64,000 nt of DNA from a virus: positions 1-64,000 of the IMG/VR virus record IMGVR_UViG_3300000553_000014, one strand, 5' to 3'. A program made the position numbers and the translations under genes. Below are positions 1 through 9,439 of this stretch, piece by piece. A model generated the notes under the pieces. It was given only the letters and a program-made list of their open reading frames with translations, made no database searches and was not told the DNA's origin. The stretch's first letter is position 1; every line of letters begins with the position of its first letter.

Positions 1-127
1 ATCTTAAGCAATGCGTATATTTATTTTGCTTAGTACCCATTGGAAAATACATAAAATAAAATATATGATTTATAATAACTTATCTTAAGCAATGCGTATA
101 TTTATTTTGCTTAGTACCCATTGGAAA
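1..127. repeat. 81-bp-period direct repeat (unit A), 2 copies visible, may continue left of the window
   Basis: ATCTTAAGCAATGCGTATATTTATTTTGCTTAGTACCCATTGGAAA at 1 and 82. Confidence 0.95.
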
Positions 128-184
128 TGTATATTAATATGTTTTTATGTAAATATATGTTGTTATTGTTTAGTAAAAATGACC

Positions 185-281
185 TCCAAAAAATGATATG
201 ACCATAATCCGAAGCTCCTATTGTTCAATACAAGAGTAAATCCTTTTTGCGCTTTGGAGTCCTTGGGGATATTTTCTTGGA
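185..281. repeat. 97-bp GC-richer structured repeat B, copy 1
   Basis: Near-identical to 561-657; ends TCCAARAAA...TTTCTTGGR are complementary; inner CCGAAGC/GCTTTGG stem. Confidence 0.9.
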
Positions 282-301
282 AAGATATAACTTACTGTTT
301 A

Positions 302-515
302 CAATCTGTATATTTATTTCACCTAAACCATAATGGAGATTGAGATTAAATAAAATATATGATTAATATAAATTTTACCTTAACCAATCTGTATATTTAT
401 TTCACCTAAACCATAATGGAGATTGAGATTAAATAAAATATATGATTAATATAAATTTTACCTTAACCAATCTGTATATTTATTTCACCTAAACCATAAT
501 GGAGATTGAGATTAA
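302..515. repeat. 83-bp tandem repeat (unit A', related to unit A), about 2.6 copies
   Basis: CAATCTGTATATTTATTTCACCTAAACCATAATGGAGATTGAGATTAA at 302, 385, 468. Confidence 0.95.
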
Positions 516-560
516 TATATAAATTTGGTAATTATAATGTTATACGCATTTATATTGATT

Positions 561-657
561 TCCAAGAAATGATATGACCATAATCCGAAGCTCCTATTGT
601 TCAATACAAGAGTAAATCCTTTTGCGCTTTTGGGGCTTTGGGAGCCTTTTTCTTGGG
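561..657. repeat. 97-bp structured repeat B, copy 2
   Basis: Shares AAATGATATGACCATAATCCGAAGCTCCTATTGTTCAATACAAGAGTAAATCCTTTT with 185-281 (376 bp apart). Confidence 0.9.
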
Positions 658-770
658 ATTGTTTAATAAATGAAAATCAAATATTTAACAAATATAAATA
701 ATTATTGATTTAACTCTGAAATGAAATAATATTCAAATTGTAAAAAATTTCAATTTTTATAAAAATTTAC

Positions 771-800
771 AAATCATAATTATTTTTTATTTTGGATATA
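771..800 (+). promoter_or_regulatory. Phage bipartite promoter motif (weak upstream box)
   Basis: AAATCAT-N15-TGGATATA. Confidence 0.5.
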
Positions 801-898
801 ATAACAAATATTAAATAATTTTTAAATGCTTTTTTCGCAAGTATTTTTAATATATAAACAAATTAAATATTAATTAATTTCAGAATTATAAAAATATA

Positions 899-1000
899 AA
901 TAAAATCTAAAATTGAAATAAATTGGAATTAATAAATGAAAATAAAATCTAAAATTGAAATAAATCGGAATTAATTTACAACAAAATCCGATTTATTTCA
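899..1000. repeat. 42-bp-period direct repeat plus inverted repeat
   Basis: AATAAAATCTAAAATTGAAATAAATYGGAATTAAT twice; TGAAATAAATCGGA...TCCGATTTATTTCA hairpin 956-1000. Confidence 0.8.
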
Positions 1001-1059
1001 GAATAATTGCGAATTTAATAAAATTAAAATAAAAATCAATTAAGTTTATCATAAAATAG

Positions 1060-1067
1060 TGGATATA
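1060..1067 (+). promoter_or_regulatory. TGGATATA box upstream of primase-helicase (no upstream YCAT box)
   Basis: Intergenic TGGATATA about 35 bp before ATG 1102. Confidence 0.55.
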
Positions 1068-1101
1068 AAAATAATATAAAAAGGATATAATTAGGGAAAA
1101 T

Positions 1102-4100
1102 ATGTTGAACAAACTATTAACAGCTCAAGACATAGATAATAACCAAAAATCAATTGAATCTCAAATAAATTTAAACGTAAGTGAATTTGTTAAAACTTTG
1201 CTCAAAAAGAAATTGAAAGAAGTTCGAGACTTAAAGAAAATTTCGGGAGAAGATGGTGGAATTTTAAGCAAAGAAGAGATAAATCACATAAAACTTGAAA
1301 TTATTTCGGGGAAAGTTGTGGAAGAGTTCCGAACCAATCAAAAACAGATTTTAGAGTCAAAACGAGATAATTACTTCATTTTGAGGCAGACCATTCAAGA
1401 TTTGAACGAACTTAACGAGTTTTCAGCTGAAATAGAGCGAAATGAGATTCAAAAGGTCAAAAATTTTTTAGATTTTCGCGGATTGACCACTAAATCTTTG
1501 GGATTTTATGAAAACTATCGAAAGGTGAACGAAATTAGAAATAAAAACATTATATTATATATTAATGAATATAAGAATAAAACACTATCATTCAAAGAAA
1601 ATGAGGAAAAATTACTCATTAATCTCCAAGAATTATATAAAATAGACAAAAGTATTGATGATATTGATTTATATGAACGTTTCAATATGGAATCTAATAT
1701 TGATATGTCAAATAAACTTGCTGATATTTATTTTCATAAATATGCTAATGGTGATAATAATTCAAATTTAATTAATAATTCAGCAACAAATTTAGATAAT
1801 CCATTAGAAAAATTAATATCAACTCAAATTATATCAAATAAAAATTTCGCATTATTATTATTATCAGGAAAACATAATCAAAGAACCTCATTTATTACAA
1901 ACAATGCTGTAACTTGTTTAAAAACTACTTACACAACAACAAAAACTAATCAATACATTTATTCAACCAGAACTTTAGGAGAACTTTTATTAGAAATAAC
2001 TAATGAAAAATTATCTTATCAACAAAAAGTTGAAAGACAACAAATTTATATAACTTATGATGGTTCACGTCCAACTGTTGATGAATATTATAAATGGAAT
2101 GGTTTACAAATTTTTGATATAGATTTAAAATTATGGAATGGAAGTATTGATTTATTGAAAAGAAAACTTTATGAATTATTACAAGATTTTCATTGGTTTC
2201 TTTGGATTTGTAAATCTGCTTCTGGAAAAGGTATACATATTTATACAAAAGTTGCTCCACCTCATCATGTTTATATAAAACCCTCTGATAATGAATATAT
2301 AACAAAATATTGGTATAATGTAAATTATGCACACAAATCATCAATTATTTATGATTGTCTCTATAGATTATCAAATGATGATTCAAACACAATAAAATTT
2401 GGTTTAGATTTTGAAAATAAATTTTTAGATAATGTTGTTGGTAGAATTACAACAGGTATTCGTTTAACTTATGATGCAAAACCATTAATTAATAATAATT
2501 TTATGGATTTACATGTTGGTTTAGGATTAAGTCAAACTTTAGATGGTTTTACATATCAAAAAACAATTAATGAAGTTTTATTTCGTGAAACACCTTTTCA
2601 TAAAAAATTAATTGAAAAAATATATGGATTAATTGTTGATGACCCTGAAAACATAATAGAAAATAAATCAGAAGAAATTGATTTAACAAAATTTATAACT
2701 TTAGGTACTGATATTTCAAAAGTAACCGCAATGCCAAGAAGTTCAATAAATTATACAGTTCGTTATAATGTTTGTAATACTCTCGCAGCTCTTTTTGGCA
2801 AAGATGGATTACCCTTAGCTCATACAATATTAGATTCAACAGTTTGTAAAAATGTTGGAGAAATAAATTCATTTTATTCTTGTGCAATTTCTAATATCAA
2901 AAAACCATCAAAAATGGGATTAGATATTTTAAGAAAATCAGGAGTTATAAAACATATTGAACCAGAAGCTAAACAAATTATTGATGATGTTTATAAAAAT
3001 CATATTAAAAAAATGATTGATAATTCGTTAGATAATAAATTAATTCGTGAACATATTATTCTTGGTAAAAATGAATATTTATCAGATAGACAAGAAATTT
3101 TATTAGACCCGAAAAAAGGTGGATTAACAAATTCCAAAATAAATATAATATTCTCACCACCAGGTTCAGGTAAAACTGAATGGATTAAAAAATTAGCTTC
3201 AGATGGGAAACGAATTCTTTTAGTTTTACCTTATATTTCAGTTATAAAAAATAAAGTTGAAATTGACCAAGAATTAATGAAAATATTTGAATGTTATTAT
3301 GGAAGTAAAGATATAAAACAAATAGAATATGGAATAAATGCAGTTACAACATTTGATAAATTTTCTCGTTCAAATTATGATAAAATTTCTAAAATGTTTG
3401 ATTATATTTTTATTGATGAATCGCATTTATTATTTACATCATCTTATAGAATCGAAGCAACTTCAAATGTTATTAAAAAAATAAAAGAATTATTTTTTAT
3501 TTCATCAAATGACCCATTTGCAGCGAAACTTTGTCTTTTAACAGGTACTGAAACAGGAGAATCATATTTTTTTGGAACTGTTGCAAATATAATAAGAATC
3601 CATAAAGAATCATTAAATAAATCAATGGAATTTCTTATTTGTGATGATTTATTAGATAGTATTACTCGCCTCGCCTGCTCGGCGGCAGAACTAATTCAAA
3701 ATAACCACCGTCTACTTATACCTACAAACAAAGGAGAAATATATTCAGAGAAATTAATTGGAATGATTAGTTCAATCCTTTCCCGTGTACCTAAATATGG
3801 ATATTATAAACGTTCAAACACAGACCAAGAAATTTGTCAATTAATTAATAATCATAATACAATTGGTGATTATGAAATTGTATTTTGTTCAAATTATCTT
3901 AGTGTTGGTGTTGATATTAATGATTACAAGCCCCTCGCCGTTGGCTCGGGAAAAACTGAATTAAATTCAAATAATAATTCTCAAAAAATTGAATTAAATT
4001 CGGGTGAAAATCAAATTAAATCTAAGAATGAATCTGAGGATTATATGAAATTTGCTTCAATTTACCTTGGACCATTTTCAGGGTATGAAATTGAACAATT

Positions 4101-5391
4101 TAATGCAAGAATTAGGAGAACTGGAATTAAATCAATTTATTGTATTCAAACACAAAAAGCAGATGGAACAACTTCTGATGAACTTTTAGAAGAACCAAAT
4201 TTACTTTTACATATAACTGATGAAGATAAAGATAATTTTTTAGATGATAAACAAATTTCAAAAGCTAAACAAGAATTTCTTGCTCAATATGACCCAATTT
4301 TACATAAAATAGTTACACCTGGGTTTAGTTTTATTAATGGTAAAATTAAATTTAATCTTGAAGAGTATGAATTAATTTCATTTGAAAATAAATATAATGA
4401 TTGTATGCAACACCCAGTGAAAGTTGCACGCGAATTATCAAAATATGGTTATAATATTAGTGTTTCAACAGAATATATTGGATTAAGTCCTGAAAAACAA
4501 GAAGAATTAAAAGCTATTGGAATTGAAGCTTCAAAAAATGAAAAAATTAAAAAACATGGATTATTAGTTGGAACTTTTTTAGAATTAATAGAACAAAATT
4601 CTTATATAAATCAACATGGATTAGAATTTACTGATGTTATTGGTTGGATAGGAAAACATCCAGATGCAATAAGAGAAGACCGTGAATTAACAAAATTTAT
4701 TGAAGATGAAAATAACCCTGGAACTAAATTAGAAGTTATAAATTATATTAAAATTGAATTTGATATATTTGCCACTCCAATTTCAGTTAGTTGCAGGAGT
4801 AAAGAAGCATTAGATTTAATGTATAAACCAGCAAAATATTTAATTTCAAAATATTCGGTTACAAAATGCCAAGAAATTATATCACAATATATTGATGAAA
4901 CAGGAATTTTAAAACAAAAACTTTTTAAACGTGCTATAAATTTATTAAAACTTGTAGATTCATCTGATGCAAATGAACTTGCAGACCCTTTAGCAAAAAC
5001 ATTAGAAAAAATGTATGATTTTGTTGATAAATTTGAAACAAATAAAGATTATCGTATTGGATATAATTTATATAAAGCAACAATTGATGAATGGACAAAT
5101 AATTACATTGATATGCTTGGAATTAAAATAAATACACAATATGGATATGATAAATTAAAAGATTCTTTAACAGAAATGTTAGCAGATATTGCAACTAAAA
5201 ATACTTCCAAAAATGGTATAAAATTTATTTATAATAAATTACCAGACCAAGATAGTAGTTCTGTTTTAAATAGAAGAAGTGTAGATTCAATGATTGAAAG
5301 AATGTTTGCAATTACTTCAGATATAATAAATGGAAATAAAGCAAATGATGCTCGAAATAAACATATCATATTAATTCAGCAAAATTTTTGA
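1102..5391 (+). CDS. Primase-helicase: BT4734/VirE-N-like AEP primase, PriCT-like region and SF2 (UL9/origin-binding-like) helicase
   Basis: AEP motifs IFDID, KSASGKGIH, RLTYD; helicase motifs SPPGSGKT, LVLPY, FIDESH, LTGT, LSVGVDIN, EQFNARIR. Confidence 0.85.
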   Translation: MLNKLLTAQDIDNNQKSIESQINLNVSEFVKTLLKKKLKEVRDLKKISGEDGGILSKEEINHIKLEIISGKVVEEFRTNQKQILESKRDNYFILRQTIQDLNELNEFSAEIERNEIQKVKNFLDFRGLTTKSLGFYENYRKVNEIRNKNIILYINEYKNKTLSFKENEEKLLINLQELYKIDKSIDDIDLYERFNMESNIDMSNKLADIYFHKYANGDNNSNLINNSATNLDNPLEKLISTQIISNKNFALLLLSGKHNQRTSFITNNAVTCLKTTYTTTKTNQYIYSTRTLGELLLEITNEKLSYQQKVERQQIYITYDGSRPTVDEYYKWNGLQIFDIDLKLWNGSIDLLKRKLYELLQDFHWFLWICKSASGKGIHIYTKVAPPHHVYIKPSDNEYITKYWYNVNYAHKSSIIYDCLYRLSNDDSNTIKFGLDFENKFLDNVVGRITTGIRLTYDAKPLINNNFMDLHVGLGLSQTLDGFTYQKTINEVLFRETPFHKKLIEKIYGLIVDDPENIIENKSEEIDLTKFITLGTDISKVTAMPRSSINYTVRYNVCNTLAALFGKDGLPLAHTILDSTVCKNVGEINSFYSCAISNIKKPSKMGLDILRKSGVIKHIEPEAKQIIDDVYKNHIKKMIDNSLDNKLIREHIILGKNEYLSDRQEILLDPKKGGLTNSKINIIFSPPGSGKTEWIKKLASDGKRILLVLPYISVIKNKVEIDQELMKIFECYYGSKDIKQIEYGINAVTTFDKFSRSNYDKISKMFDYIFIDESHLLFTSSYRIEATSNVIKKIKELFFISSNDPFAAKLCLLTGTETGESYFFGTVANIIRIHKESLNKSMEFLICDDLLDSITRLACSAAELIQNNHRLLIPTNKGEIYSEKLIGMISSILSRVPKYGYYKRSNTDQEICQLINNHNTIGDYEIVFCSNYLSVGVDINDYKPLAVGSGKTELNSNNNSQKIELNSGENQIKSKNESEDYMKFASIYLGPFSGYEIEQFNARIRRTGIKSIYCIQTQKADGTTSDELLEEPNLLLHITDEDKDNFLDDKQISKAKQEFLAQYDPILHKIVTPGFSFINGKIKFNLEEYELISFENKYNDCMQHPVKVARELSKYGYNISVSTEYIGLSPEKQEELKAIGIEASKNEKIKKHGLLVGTFLELIEQNSYINQHGLEFTDVIGWIGKHPDAIREDRELTKFIEDENNPGTKLEVINYIKIEFDIFATPISVSCRSKEALDLMYKPAKYLISKYSVTKCQEIISQYIDETGILKQKLFKRAINLLKLVDSSDANELADPLAKTLEKMYDFVDKFETNKDYRIGYNLYKATIDEWTNNYIDMLGIKINTQYGYDKLKDSLTEMLADIATKNTSKNGIKFIYNKLPDQDSSSVLNRRSVDSMIERMFAITSDIINGNKANDARNKHIILIQQNF
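3667..3684 (-). other. GC-rich tandem-GA hairpin inside the primase-helicase CDS
   Basis: Minus strand CGCC-GA-GCAGGC-GA-GGCG; run of atypical GC3 codons. Confidence 0.55.
3928..3955 (-). repeat. 28-bp GC-rich hairpin repeat, copy 1 (in CDS)
   Basis: AAGCCCCTCGCCGTTGGCTCGGGAAAAA, identical at 12382-12409. Confidence 0.9.
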
Positions 5392-5454
5392 ATTTCTTTC
5401 CTAATTAACATTGATTAGTATATAAATATCTATTAATCAATTTATTATATTAAG

Positions 5455-7044
5455 ATGAAAAAAACTGAAATTGCTATCAGAAAAAATTTAATATCTGAAG
5501 TTTGTAAAAAGAATCCAACATTTAGTTATCGACAACTCGCATTGGAACTAATTGACACATATCCCCAATATTTTTCTAATTTAAGTAGTACCAAAATTGT
5601 AATTTTAAATTTTAAAAAAAATAACAATATACCTCAACAAACAAAAATTAAAAACCAACATAATCAAGGGACTATTGGTCAAGAAATTATTCAAAATACT
5701 AATAATTCAAATATTAAATCTAAAGAATCTGAAAAAACTGAAAATTCAAAAAAATCTGGAGATTCATTTTCACAAAAAAGTAATAATAATGAAACAGAAA
5801 TGAATTATTCCCAAAAAACTTTTGGAAATAATTCCCAGGAAATTGATGGAAATTTTACAAGTCTTGAAGAATTAATTGAAAAATCTAATATTGATACAAC
5901 TATTTGGGAATGTTATGATTTTCAAATAATTGAAGGACAATGGGATGTTGCAAGTAAAAATAGAGACCAAGACTTAACTTGGAAAATTGTCAATGATTCC
6001 AAAGGTAATCCAATTCAATTAATGGAAGGTCATGCAACACGTAAAAATGATTTTGTAATTCAAAAAAATAAAAAATATCATATTCGTGCAAAGTTTCGTT
6101 TAAAACCTGGTATATATAATAAAGATAATTTCAAATCAGAATTATTAGAAGACATAAAAAACTTAACAAAAATAGAAAATTCAAAAATAGAAATTCTAAA
6201 AATAAACCTTAATTCAAATAAAACACATTTTGCACTTGAAATTAATAGATTTGATTTACATTATGGAAAAATGATATGGGGAGAAGAAACCGCAGGAGGT
6301 TATAATTCTGAAAGTCAAGAAAATAATTATGATGTAAAAAAAGCACAAGAACTTTATAATGAAGCTGGAAAATATCTTCTCAATGAAGCACAAAAGATTT
6401 GTAAAATAGATAAAATCATAATTCCCGTTGGTAATGATTTTTTTAATTCAGATAATAGTATTCCATTTCCTATTACAACAAAAGGCACACCTCAACAAGA
6501 AGATATGAGATGGCAAAAATTATTTAGACAAGGTAGAATATTACTTGCACATGATTTAATGATAATGAAGAAATTAAATCCGAATGCTGTTATTGGTGTG
6601 CCAGTTATTCCTGGTAATCATGATTTTCAAAAAAGTTTTTATTTAGGTGATGCTTTAGAATGTATGTTTTTAAATGACCCACAAGTTGTTATTGATAATA
6701 GTCCAAACCCACATAAATATTGGCATTATGGTAACACTTTAATCGGATTTACTCACGAAGCAAAAAGTTTAAATAGATTAGGAACTACAATGCAAGAAGA
6801 AATTCCTGAAATGTGGTTTAAATCTAAATATCGTGAATGGCATTTAGGACATATTCATCATTCAAAGAAAGTTGAATTACTTACGGAAGAAGACAGACAA
6901 AGTATTACATTTAGATGGATGAGGACTTTAATGCCTTATGATGCTTGGGAAAATACGGAAAATTACAAATCTCAAAAAGGTGCTGAAGCTTTCATTTGGT
7001 CAAAAGACAAAGGATTATATCACATGATTCCTTTTAATATATAA
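5455..7044 (+). CDS. Calcineurin-like metallophosphoesterase with N-terminal HTH-like region
   Basis: DLHYG, GNDFF, PGNHD, FTHE, GHIHH motifs. Confidence 0.8.
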   Translation: MKKTEIAIRKNLISEVCKKNPTFSYRQLALELIDTYPQYFSNLSSTKIVILNFKKNNNIPQQTKIKNQHNQGTIGQEIIQNTNNSNIKSKESEKTENSKKSGDSFSQKSNNNETEMNYSQKTFGNNSQEIDGNFTSLEELIEKSNIDTTIWECYDFQIIEGQWDVASKNRDQDLTWKIVNDSKGNPIQLMEGHATRKNDFVIQKNKKYHIRAKFRLKPGIYNKDNFKSELLEDIKNLTKIENSKIEILKINLNSNKTHFALEINRFDLHYGKMIWGEETAGGYNSESQENNYDVKKAQELYNEAGKYLLNEAQKICKIDKIIIPVGNDFFNSDNSIPFPITTKGTPQQEDMRWQKLFRQGRILLAHDLMIMKKLNPNAVIGVPVIPGNHDFQKSFYLGDALECMFLNDPQVVIDNSPNPHKYWHYGNTLIGFTHEAKSLNRLGTTMQEEIPEMWFKSKYREWHLGHIHHSKKVELLTEEDRQSITFRWMRTLMPYDAWENTENYKSQKGAEAFIWSKDKGLYHMIPFNI

Positions 7045-7135
7045 AAAATTAAAACTTAATTATAATATATAATATATTACTTTTGAGATTCGCCCCTCAA
7101 AATTTTAATTACCATCTTTTTAATTTCATGCTAAC

Positions 7136-7167
7136 AAAAACCTCAGAAATTCTTCTGGGGTTTTTTT
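7136..7167 (+). terminator. Intrinsic terminator
   Basis: CCTCAGAA-ATTC-TTCTGGGG followed by T7. Confidence 0.85.
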
Positions 7168-7205
7168 ATATTAATTTGAAATATATTTCTTTTGGAAAAT
7201 ATACC

Positions 7206-7235
7206 TTTTCACTTTTTGAAATTTTCATGGATATA
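7206..7235 (+). promoter_or_regulatory. Phage bipartite promoter
   Basis: TTTTCAC-N15-TGGATATA. Confidence 0.65.
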
Positions 7236-7285
7236 AGATTTTAATATGGTTAGGAATTTTCTAAAAAATTAAAGCTTAAAATATT

Positions 7286-7543
7286 ATGGCATTTTTTACA
7301 GATGAAGAAAGAAAAGAATCTTTTTCAATAATATATCCTTTTTTTTACTTTTGAAGGATTAATGGATTTATCAACAGGAATAAATATTAGTTGTAATTTT
7401 CCCAATTATAATACAAAAGATATTATTAATAAATATCCTGATAAATATACATAAAATGTTTCATTATATGGTGGACTTTAAATATTCATACAAAATTGAA
7501 TGGATTTCCTGGTTTAGATACAATTAATTTTAATATAAAATGA
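7286..7543 (+). pseudogene. Doubly frameshifted small gene
   Basis: ATG after promoter; extra T in T8 run 7339-7346 and extra TA near 7446; repaired frame ends in an ATGA overlap with 7540. Confidence 0.55.
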
Positions 7544-8169
7544 TAGAAAATTTTTTAAATGAAGTTTCGGAATATTATCCAATAGATTCGAAAGAAAAAT
7601 TTTATAACTTATATGAAAAAGGAATTTTTGGTAATAAATTAAGAAGTTGGAAAACTCTGGATGAATTTAAAAATAAATTCGAAATTCATAAAATGAATCA
7701 AAGTGTTCTACCAAAATCAGTTTCACTTCGTTCAATGCAACAAAACACTGGATTATATACAAAATATAATGTTAAGGTAAACAATATTGAAAAAAATATT
7801 GAAGAATTAATTTCATTAGGTTCAAAACGTGAATGGATTCGAATTAATGAATCTGCTCCTGATGAATTTTTATTAATTCAAGGTGAATTTGGACATTTTG
7901 AATATAATGGAAATAAAAAACCTGAATATGAATTAACTTATAATACACGAAAAGGAAAAATGAGAGATTGTATGATATATGCAAAAACTGTTAAAGGAAT
8001 ACAAGCTCGACAAATTATGGAACAATATTTAAATATTTGGTCATTTACTGATATTATGGAATTAATTGATTTATATCCTAATCATGTAATTGAATTTTCA
8101 ACATATAAATATAATTTAGGAACTTGCCCTAATCGTAATACAATAATTTGGGAAGTTCGTCAATATTAA
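7540..8169 (+). CDS. Hypothetical protein, possibly ATP-grasp-like
   Basis: ORF 209 aa; C-terminal VIEFS...IIWEVR resembles an ATP-grasp terminus (weak). Confidence 0.6.
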   Translation: MIENFLNEVSEYYPIDSKEKFYNLYEKGIFGNKLRSWKTLDEFKNKFEIHKMNQSVLPKSVSLRSMQQNTGLYTKYNVKVNNIEKNIEELISLGSKREWIRINESAPDEFLLIQGEFGHFEYNGNKKPEYELTYNTRKGKMRDCMIYAKTVKGIQARQIMEQYLNIWSFTDIMELIDLYPNHVIEFSTYKYNLGTCPNRNTIIWEVRQY

Positions 8170-8179
8170 TAAATTAAAA

Positions 8180-8437
8180 ATGAAAACAAAAATAAATATC
8201 AGAATTTTTTTAATTCCAATATTATTTGGATTATTAATTTTAATGAATATTATAACTTTTCTTTATTATAAAGAAATAAACAAAAAAGTTAATAACATAA
8301 TTGAAAATCAAATTATTTTACAAAATAATCAAAATCTTATTGAAAAACAATTTAAACTTCAAATGAAAGCTGATTTAATAATTGGTCAAAATATAGATAG
8401 TTTAAATTTAATAATAAAAGGAAATCATGACAAATGA
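8180..8437 (+). CDS. Small membrane protein with coiled coil
   Basis: N-terminal hydrophobic helix. Confidence 0.7.
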   Translation: MKTKINIRIFLIPILFGLLILMNIITFLYYKEINKKVNNIIENQIILQNNQNLIEKQFKLQMKADLIIGQNIDSLNLIIKGNHDK

Positions 8438-8687
8438 AAATAATGATGGAAATACTACGTATGACCATAAATGTCGAATTTTAATTGATGCTGAAAATAA
8501 TTCATGTTATATCAAACAAAGTGAGCATAAAATAATGAATTTTGATATGAGTTCAAGTAATATTCATAAAAAATTTAAAGAAGGATTTGAATATTTAGGA
8601 TTTGGAAATTATATTTCAGTTAAAGATAGAAAAACTGGACAAGTTTCACCTTTAAATGGAAATGCAAATTTCTTTAAAAGAAAATAA
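8427..8687 (+). CDS. Hypothetical protein
   Basis: Coupled ORF in operon. Confidence 0.7.
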   Translation: MTNENNDGNTTYDHKCRILIDAENNSCYIKQSEHKIMNFDMSSSNIHKKFKEGFEYLGFGNYISVKDRKTGQVSPLNGNANFFKRK

Positions 8688-9430
8688 TGAATATTAAAAA
8701 TCTCGAAATTTTTAAAATATATCAAACAAATTTATCAAAAATAAGATATGGTATTAATAAAGATGGTGGATATGTTATTCTTGATAATTTAAAATATGAT
8801 TGTTTTATTTCTTGTGGAATTGGAGATGAGGTTTCATTTGAACATGATTTTATAAAAAATAATTCAAATATTCCTATTTATTTTTTTGATGAAGTTGAAT
8901 CAGAAATTTTACCTATTACTTTAATACATATAAATGGTAAAAATAATTTATCAAAATATATTGATAAATATAATAATATTTTTATTAAAATGGATATTGA
9001 AGGAGATGAAAATTCTTGGATTGAATCTTTATCGGAAATACAATTAAATAAAATTTCACAAATTATTATTGAATTTCATAGTTTTTCAACAGCAACTTTT
9101 AAAGCAATTTCAAAATTATTAAAAACACATTATTTTGTACATATTCATGGAAATAATTGGGGCAAAATTTTGGAAATAAAAATTGAAAATATTGAAGAAG
9201 AAAATATCGAAGAAGAAAATGTCGAAGAAGAAAATGTCGAAGAAGAAAATGTCGAAGAAGAAAAATTATTAATTATGCCTCAAATTTTTGAATGTACATT
9301 TATAAGAAAAACTGAAATTAAAGGAAATGTCAAAGGAAATAAAGAAAAATTACCATCAAAATTTGATTATCCTAATAATTCAAATCAACCTGATATTGAT
9401 TTAAATTTTTACCCATTCGTTTCAATATAA
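8687..9430 (+). CDS. FkbM/Methyltransf_22-like SAM methyltransferase
   Basis: RYG..KDGGY, SCGIGDEVSFE, IKMDIEG, QIIIEFH, HIHGNN. Confidence 0.75.
   Translation: MNIKNLEIFKIYQTNLSKIRYGINKDGGYVILDNLKYDCFISCGIGDEVSFEHDFIKNNSNIPIYFFDEVESEILPITLIHINGKNNLSKYIDKYNNIFIKMDIEGDENSWIESLSEIQLNKISQIIIEFHSFSTATFKAISKLLKTHYFVHIHGNNWGKILEIKIENIEEENIEEENVEEENVEEENVEEEKLLIMPQIFECTFIRKTEIKGNVKGNKEKLPSKFDYPNNSNQPDIDLNFYPFVSI
9185..9259 (+). repeat. In-frame 15-bp VNTR, (EN[IV]EE) x5
   Basis: GAAAATRTYGAAGAA x5. Confidence 0.95.
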
Positions 9431-9439
9431 TTATAAAAA

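Noticed and set aside
1-515. CRISPR array
   Set aside because: Sequence between repeats is itself repeated (identical 83-bp units); no unique spacers and no cas genes
7081-7102. TTTTGAG/CTCAAAA hairpin as another GA-hairpin copy
   Set aside because: Lacks the tandem GA/GA architecture; weak AT-rich stem
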